Shown here one piece after another: positions 52,890 to 64,000 of a stretch of 64,000 bases of DNA; position 1 is the stretch's first letter; each line of letters opens with the position of its first letter. Below the pieces are notes generated by a model. It was not told the DNA's origin. It searched no databases and was given only the letters and a program-made list of their open reading frames with translations. The DNA lies in assembly GCF_000150275.1 (NCBI RefSeq), contig NW_002060944.1, positions 2,456,152 to 2,520,151 of the forward strand, written 5' to 3'. The stretch comes from Trichoplax adhaerens (Eukaryota; Animalia; Placozoa). The translations under genes and the position numbers were made by a program.

Positions 52890-55800
52890 ATGAAGCGGGT
52901 ACTTGGTAGCTTACCGAATAACGAGGATGAATTCAACAAGACGTATAAGTGTGGCGCTCGATGCTTTGGTACACTTGCAGCTGTGGGTAAGTACTTATAC
53001 GTTGGAGTCAATCATTTTGGATAAGAAAATCGGTAATATACTGTATATACTGTACAGTATAAATACCAATTTACCTTGTAGGTGAAAAGGCGGAGAAGAT
53101 TGCTAATTTTTAAGACGATTTGCATAAATAGAATGAGTAAAATCATATCGTTAAGTGTGTCTTCGAGATGTAATATTAATGCATTGGCTAAAATAAGAAA
53201 TCGAGTTAGAGGGTATTTTTTAATGGTATAATCAACGTATCACTATATCCCTTAAGACAAATTTTTTTCAGTAAACAGCTTTTATTTTCAGCGAAACTAG
53301 ATAAGGGAAAATTGAAGTATTCCATGTATTGTGTTGTAACTTACATTTGTAAGTGTACGTGTGAAATACGAGTGATGTACGCGCATATGCAATAGTTTCA
53401 TTTATCGATAATAGTAGTACAGTACAGTATGCTCATTCGTGTACATTTAATGGAGAAATCGGATATTTTATTATCGTATACTGTATAGAAGAGCTCTAAT
53501 CATGGTCGTAATATTATTTCCTAATGATAATTGAATCGCATATACTAGGATCTAGCTGTTTACAGTTGTTGCCTTACTAAAGAATCAATTTCCGAAGAGC
53601 CCTGATTAATACTGCTTTGTACTCGTATGTCCACGCATCATCATTGCTAAGAAGCTTCGACTCAGCTTACTTTCTACTGTCACATTCATTGAAAGGCCAT
53701 TTTCATAAGCCGAATTTTGTTTTAAAAGTTGTGTGTATTTTGTTAAATAATTTGTAAAACTTTTATAGTTCCTTTTCCTTAGAACACTTGCTAATATCAA
53801 ATGACTGTTTCTCATGCGCTTTCTGAATTCTTTGACCTGTTTTAAAGGCAGTCATCTACTAAACATCGATAAATCTTATTGCATATGTGTCGTACTACTC
53901 CTTAAATTATTCCTAATATACACGTACGGTATTTAGTGCATATCGATGCTAGTTGTAATTAATTTACATAATATCCATTTGGAAAGAAGTGCGGGTATAG
54001 AGAGATTTGCATATACCCGTACTTCCGGTAGTTATAGTTTAATCTTTTATCCATTTCATCGAGCTATAAACCTTGATGCTAATGTGTCAGTTATTTGACA
54101 TTTTACATACTATACTTTAGTGATCATAACAAACGAAAAATTTATTAGCACAACAAGTAATGATTTGTATTAAACATGGTGCTGGCTCACTAATTCTGTA
54201 AGATCTAGTATATTTCTGCTTGTTTCAAATTCTTATGTACGGTACGTGGTTAATCCCGTTGGGGGTTGATGGGAACTATCAGACTCCTATATCATTGTAA
54301 TTACTAGCACTTTAAGTTCAAGTACACGAGTATGTAGGTTTGGTATGTTCGGCATGTAGCATATTCATATTCGAGGACCATAAAGGTAAATTTCTTTCTT
54401 ATACTTTTATGGCGAGGACGTATTACTTAATATCATGCTATGTTTGTCAAACTAAGAGTTTATCTAGATATTAATCAGTGTAGGACACCATTTTTAGAAT
54501 ATCTTATGGGTAAGGCATGATGGGTAGACAATCAGCAATACATGCTATCTGAGAACAAATCTATCTGCGGCTATGACTTTCATGCTCGTATGCGTTAAGC
54601 GCAGTAAATTCGTACTTCAAGTCTTCGTAAATGTCATGGTAGCTTATTGCATTAAATTATAGATCTAAAGCTTATTGTAGTAATTCGCATGTATGCCTGC
54701 TAATTAGTTATTAGATCGCACTGATAAAAGATGGTATTTTTATTATTATATTGCGAGCTTTGTACTAGTGCAGTTACTGAATTAATAGCCTATTATAGCA
54801 ATATTGAATGAATTATATATTATCAAGATTTAAGTAAACTGCTGATGTCTGTTTAGGCAGTTTACAATTATAGGTAACAATATCATATTCAACGTATCTC
54901 TCCTTTTATATTCATTACCAAAGTGATGATAAATTAAGCCTTTATCTTAGTTCAATATTATCCTTGGATCAGTTTAGAGTGATAATCATAGTAGTCCTGC
55001 TGCTAATCGAAAATACAACGCAATGTAAAACTTGCTTATAAGAGCATGTTTGATAGTAGAGTTGTCTAGATCGAAAAATTAATTGTTAATTAAAAGAACA
55101 TTGCTACCGTATGTGAACTTATCCTTTTATAATAATGAATCAGTGCGTTCGTATCATTTACTGCTCATTTTACATAAATTGAAATATAGACTGATTTCAA
55201 GGTTAGGGTTAATTGACATGTGACAAGTGCAATCTGTAAAAATTATTAATTTTAGTTTCAAATTTTTCTTACTGTATACCTATTACAGGCAAGGCATTGC
55301 AATCATTTTTACTTGTATTCAGAACTTAATAACATCGATGTTATGATGTTGTTCAACATTACCATATCTAATTTTTATGCTGTCTAGTAAAAGCAAAGTT
55401 TATAAGCATTCTAGCTTAATTGAGTATGCTTATTAGCCGTATATACTTTTCGTTGTCTAAATTTTTTATAACTTACTGTTGCAGTTTGCATAATTAATGG
55501 TATCATCACAGTCATCACCGTAAGTCCACTGTGCATAGCTATGGGGGCATATATGATGTGAGTAGTATATCAATCCTTAGGCTAATTCATATACCTTATA
55601 AGTGAAGTAAGGAGGTATTAGAATAGTCGTATAATGGTTCCCTTTTTGTATTTTTATATTTTGTATCGATCAGATTACTGGGAGTTGGAATATTCATATT
55701 TGAAGCTCCGCTTTTGTGTAAGCAAGCAGAAAGTGCTCGCACCTTCCATGAATTTATTTCTAACCGTCGATTTATTGAAAAAGCTGCTATCTATATTTTG

Positions 55801-56199
55801 TGAGTAACTTTGTTTTGAGAACTGAATTCGGAAGTTTCCTACTTTTATTTAATGTTTCTCATACTTTTACATCTTGATGACTCGTAGATTATCTCTTGTT
55901 CCAATCCTTGTTTGCTTTGGAATTACTACGTTAATAGGATGTGGCATGGTCTTTATTACCGGCGTATTTTATGGCCTAATGGCAATTGGAAAAAGGTGAT
56001 TAGCTTATTTTAGGCTTATGTATAACTCTGGTTTCCTAAAATGTTTCAGATTGGCATAATATTGTTACGTGAAAGTTAGGTATATAATTACACCATTACA
56101 TCATTAAACAGGGGCGGGGCTCGTCAGAAGCAACCTGATCAGCAAGAATTGGATCCATTAAATGATGTTGAAAGTCAAAAGGGGGATGCGAAAAAGTAA
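52890..56199 (+). CDS. CACFD1: Flower / calcium channel flower domain-containing protein, 5 exons (first 52890-52986, long intron 1)
   Basis: Spliced: MKRVLGSLPNNEDEFNKTYKCGARCFGTLAAV|VCIINGIITVITVSPLCIAMGAYMI|LLGVGIFIFEAPLLCK...EKAAIYI|LLSLVPILVCFGITTLIGCGMVFITGVFYGLMAIGKR|GGARQK...KK*. It matches Flower motifs (EAPxxC, TTLxG, TGVxYGLxAxGK) and the splice phases are consistent. Confidence 0.87.
53606..54231 (-). other. Candidate nested antisense coding exons in Flower intron 1 (unrecognised protein)
   Basis: Minus-strand segments 54063-53968 (96 nt, phase 0/0) and 53836-53606 (terminal) join through GT-AG into a 108-aa open frame; possible upstream exon 54231-54191. No homology recognised and no start codon found. 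Confidence 0.25.
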
Positions 56200-57617
56200 A
56201 CCTTAATTTTCCGCGAATAAAATTTCGGCTTCCAGCGTTTCTGTTTCTTAGTAGATTAATTAAGTTATGAACTTGTATTCATCCTCGATGATTTCTCACC
56301 TTGAGGACTTTATTACCAGTTTATTTTTCAACCTGCATACGTATGTATCATGATATTCTTGATAGATTCTAATTACTGTATTGTACGTTTAAGTATACGA
56401 GCAGATCGTATAGACAAATTTTGGTATTTACGGAAATATGCCATCATAATCCTTAGTGAAGATAGTAAATTTTAATTATTTCGAGTATCATTGCTTCCCA
56501 TTTTGGTTATGGACCTTTTAAATCTATTTATAGCTTTTAATATGTACCATAGAGTCTTTCTTTTTTGTTAGAACTCTAATAACATATCGCATTGTTTATA
56601 CTAGTACATGAACATGCCTCAGTTGCCGAGTAGTGCAATTTCGATTACTGTCGATTAATTTACTGGATTTTATATGTGAGTGGCTGTCTATTTTTCACTT
56701 ATTTATGCGGACATCAGTTTAAGACTGTAGTTGCAATGCGTATCATTTCTTTACAAAGCTATTGCATGATATAATGATACGTACTAATATAAATTTGAAT
56801 ATTAAAATCTTATACGTATTTCAATTTGCCCATAGCTAAACAGCTTTATTTCTATTGCCTATGGACTTGAACAGACATCCAGATAGGACAGCACTTTTCT
56901 GTAGTCAATCTGTAGCGTGTAATTTACTGATAAATTTGGGTTGTGCAGTACTATGGATGTAATAGCCTAATAGGTACTGGAATAGTTGCCTTAACATGGT
57001 AATGACGTCAGTTTAATTTCAGTATCCAAAACGCATATGACTTAAAAAAGGCTATTAACGTTTATGCGATGTCATATGGCACATCTTCACTAATAGAATT
57101 AATATTGCACATTATTGATATGATGCTATTAATGTTATTCGCACTTAACTATATGATCTGCGTGTTTTACTCTAGCAGCATCAAGTGCGGAAAGCAGTGA
57201 TTTTGAACTTATTCCATTGAATTCAGTTTACTATATACCTAGAATTTTAATTTTTTATTCAAAGTATACCGCAACTGGTTTAACGTTTTGCCAACATAAT
57301 TCTATAAATGAAGATCGCACTATGCATACAATCTCCAAAATTGATTCTTAAAAATTAATGAAATACTTTACTCTCTTAGCTATACTCTAATGCATAAATA
57401 AATTTATTGTACCTCATATCCTTGCCATGGATATGCTTCAATATATGAAATATTGTGGTTAAAAACTGAAAGAAAATTACATGTACGATAATATAAAATC
57501 ATAATGACGAATAGTTACTACTTTAGTGACCAAATTCAGATAATCGGACAGGACTTTACATTTTGTTGCACGCCGTATATCAGAATTAGTGAGAGCAACG
57601 AATGCATTTGAAGGTAA

Positions 57618-59555
57618 TCATTTAGATTGTTGTTCAGTAGGGAACAGTCCACCTCCAACCCTACTAGCTGCTCTTGAAGGTGCAAAACCAAGCAGCTTTT
57701 GCAAATTCTGTAAATATAGGTAAAGGAACTTAGACGTGTATTTTTTCTTTTAATGGTATAAATATGAAATTGTGAAGATCGAATCAGCCTGAACATATTT
57801 GTCCAATGCTTCCAATCAGTTATTTTTTTGCGAATAACATTTTCAAGAAATAAACAAACTTCTGGTTACTTTTGGTTTAATAACCTACCTGTCTAATTGA
57901 CATCGTACATAGTATATAGAGAAAGATAAACGAGCAATCAGTCATATCTTGACCCATAAGATTTCTATGAGAAATTCCTTGAAAGAAAGAGTGCGGTACG
58001 AAAGGTAACTTGGCAACGACACGACCATCAAAGCTAATGTAAATGCAATAAATGGAATAGATAGTTTACGAATTTATATAGATGGCCATTGCATCATACA
58101 TATTAAGACTAGCGCGAAGTATTACTCCAATTCCACTTACACAGTATTAAACATTCCAAGAAGCGCAGTAAAGGTAAAACCAATAAAAAACATGCTCTTC
58201 ATTTTCACCTATACAAAGCGTACAATGAATAAAACGAGATTCGCTGAAATGTGCAAGATTAAGGTGGTGCATCATGATGCATTTACATTACAAGTTTAAA
58301 TCTAAACCGTAATAATTACATAATTACACGTATATAAGCTACTTACAAATGACAAATCTCGGTTATCTCCCTTTAGCTTTTCCTCGAATTTTTCTATGAT
58401 AAAAAAAAGTATTAAGATGAACTAACAAGCATGCAGAGTAAAAGCCACCAAAAATGAACAACATGACTACACAGTCCTGTAGTACTAGATTTACTGTACT
58501 TCATATACAGTGTACCGAGTATCATTGCTATACTCGGTGCATTAGTGCTTTCAATAGCAATAATGAGTTATTCAGGGATTAGATTAAGAAACACGAACTG
58601 TAAGTAAAGAAAGCTGTTGGTGTAATATTTATCAAGAGATTTTAAGCACTTTAATTGCTTTTCGCCTGCACATGTAGGTAACAAAGTGATCGGTCAGTGA
58701 ACAGGCAAACATTCAAATTTAAGTGTTTACTTGATGTCAATTAGCAACTTGGTTGATGGAATCGCATAGCACAAATTACTGTCAAAAAACAATACCTATC
58801 TTTTTCTTTTGGCCGATTTGCTTATTGATATCAGTGGTCATTGATTCCTTCTTCTTTTCTACTGTATGATCAAAATCAATATTTTAAGAAAATACAGAAA
58901 AATAAATTGATGATAAAAGAGCTTGGATAATTGTTGCATAGACTACACGTTATTTGTAAATACGGTACTCTGAATTTAGTATTTTGTATAATAAAACTAC
59001 TTGCTGATTTAACGAAGTGAGTATTTTGTACGCGCATATGATAAGTTTGTAGCTGAAGTGGCTCGTTGTACTGGTATTATATTGTACAGTATTTCGATTG
59101 CATGTATTTTGAATACGAACATCGTTTGCATTGTCTTTCCACAGACGCCTTTAACTTTTTATACTGGTCAGTTCGATATACCAAGAGCCAAGTTAAGCCT
59201 ATAACGAAAATCATTATATATAATTATCAAGATAGATATTAAATCACAATATACAGTAGACACTATTTATGCTTTAATTTCACAATTCATACTGAAGTTC
59301 AGTAAAGTAGAACTGTATTAACAAGTAAAGTTGATCTACTAGTAATACATTAATGGCTTACAGTTTAACTCTGGGTTTTATGCTCGTTCATTTGAATTGA
59401 TAAACAATAAATTGAATTTTATCTTACAGTACAGTACTAGTTCCAATTATAATTATCTAATATGTATTATTGCATCCAAAAATTTAGCAGCTACCTTCCG
59501 ACGCCAACGCAGTTAGCAGCGAAATAACCAAAATTGTGATTGCATCTGACAACAT
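57618..59555 (-). CDS. TMCO1: TMCO1 (ER calcium load-activated channel / GEL complex, Oxa1 superfamily), 7 exons
   Basis: Spliced: MLSDAITILVISLLTALASEGLTWLLVYRTDQYKKLKASVERQ...EEKLKGDNRDLSFVKMKSMFFIGFTFTALLGMFNTVFDGRVVAKLPFVPHSFFQGISHRNLMGQDMTDCSFIFLYILCTMSIRQNLQKLLGFAPSRAA..., very close to recalled TMCO1. Confidence 0.96.
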
Positions 59556-59859
59556 GGCGATCAAGGGTGATAAAGATACAGATCTTTCAGGTATCCTAAA
59601 AGCGATAGAGTAGAGTATCCTGTACTCGTGTAGGTGTTCAGTCTTACAGTATGTAAAAAAGGTATCTACTGTTGGTTCGCAATACTGTGAGCAGAAGACT
59701 TTTCACTACAGCGCAGTGTACACCCTATATAGTACAGGACACATATTTTCCACATTGCCTGTATACTGGGTACAGTAGTCTGTAATTGCAGTACAAACTG
59801 GAAGGGAAGAGTAGTATTGGGAAATGTGGAAAATATCTGTTCACTGGACACGTTGCTAC

Positions 59860-60400
59860 ACTGTACTGTTCTACTGTATACTGTACTGTACTGACACAAA
59901 GTACAGTACACCAGTGTACATTGTGAGTTCATGACCATTAGCCATACGGTACTATACTGTACAGTACAGTACAGTGTACAGTACAATACGGTACAATGTA
60001 CAGTAATGTACAGTACACTGTACGGTACTGTTTAGGCTTTGACTCTTTACCTCAGTACAGTACATTGTACTGGAAAGTACAGTACGATGGAAAGCGAAGT
60101 GTACTGTACTGTACTGTACAGTATTCTGCAGATTACGTCCGGACTAGACCTGATCAAACTACTGTACTGTACACTGTGTACTGTACAGTATGATGAAGAA
60201 TAGAGACCCTTAGCCGTACAGTACAGTATACTGTACACTGTATGGCTAGGTATGGCGATCACGATGGCACCTGTACACTGTACTGTACACTCTAGTGTAC
60301 AGTACAGTACTGTATCTGGTAAAGTACAGTACAATACTACTGTACAGTACAGAACAGTACAGTCACTTGACCGTATACGGTACGAGTACGAGTGAGTACA
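59860..60400. repeat. Large (TACAG/CTGTA)n array in the TMCO1/UCK divergent promoter
   Basis: Dozens of TACAG/CTGTA units in alternating orientation, e.g. about 59861-59892, 59955-60030, 60101-60125, 60160-60190, 60216-60240, 60270-60362. Confidence 0.92.
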
Positions 60401-60521
60401 CAGCCTGAGATAAGGCACATTATATATAATTTAAGCATTAAATTGGGTTCTCATTTCAAACTGTTCACTGCTCAGTGATAATAATATATACGAGTGTACT
60501 GTAGATAGAACTAATTAATTG

Positions 60522-63818
<3,297 letters not shown>

Positions 63819-64000
63819 AATATGCACTTTATTAACAATATTTAGTTTCGTGCCATAATTTCTTGGCTCTGCAATATTATCTTATCAGCTAGCGACTTTC
63901 GGAGTCAACATTGACTCCGAATGCTATGAAAACCTGTAGTAGAAAGAGATGCAGTACGTGTCATTCTGCATTATATTAAGCTACTATGAAAGTGTCATGC

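Noticed and set aside
52890-59555. Functional clustering (two putative Ca2+ channels Flower and TMCO1 tail-to-tail; microtubule genes WDR47 and ATAT1 nearby)
   Set aside because: There is no shared regulatory evidence. Ancient linkage explains the neighbourhood, and operon-like logic is not expected here.
59860-60400. Repeat/spacer-like pattern considered as a CRISPR array
   Set aside because: The context is eukaryotic, the unit is 5 bp with irregular spacers, there is no constant 23-50 bp repeat and there are no cas genes.

Overview
This window is AT-rich, intron-rich animal genomic DNA, not prokaryotic. The compact genes, short GT-AG introns, TTAGGG repeat and gene content suggest an early-branching metazoan, most plausibly a placozoan (Trichoplax-like); the species is an inference. 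By manual exon-by-exon translation I reconstruct nine protein-coding genes: ZZZ3 (+, 5' end may lie outside the window), DAXX (-), WDR47 (-), SCFD2 (+), ATAT1/MEC-17 (+), a SynGAP/DAB2IP/RASAL2-family RasGAP (+), CACFD1/Flower (+), TMCO1 (-) and a uridine-cytidine kinase UCK1/2 (+). Most ORFs in the supplied track are intron-spanning fragments or repeat artefacts. The main observations are: (1) dense, strand-flipping (TACAG/CTGTA)n arrays sit at gene starts and bidirectional promoters rather than at random; (2) the human orthologues of most of these genes lie in the MHC paralogon, with the TMCO1-UCK head-to-head pair apparently preserved; (3) DAXX appears to lack the N-terminal helical bundle; (4) there is a 73-bp TIR-bounded element built from telomeric repeats; (5) a TACGCG(T/C)A motif recurs; (6) there is a candidate nested antisense gene in Flower intron 1. 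No rRNA, tRNA, CRISPR array or autonomous transposon was recognised. Exon boundaries are manual and unverified by RNA data.
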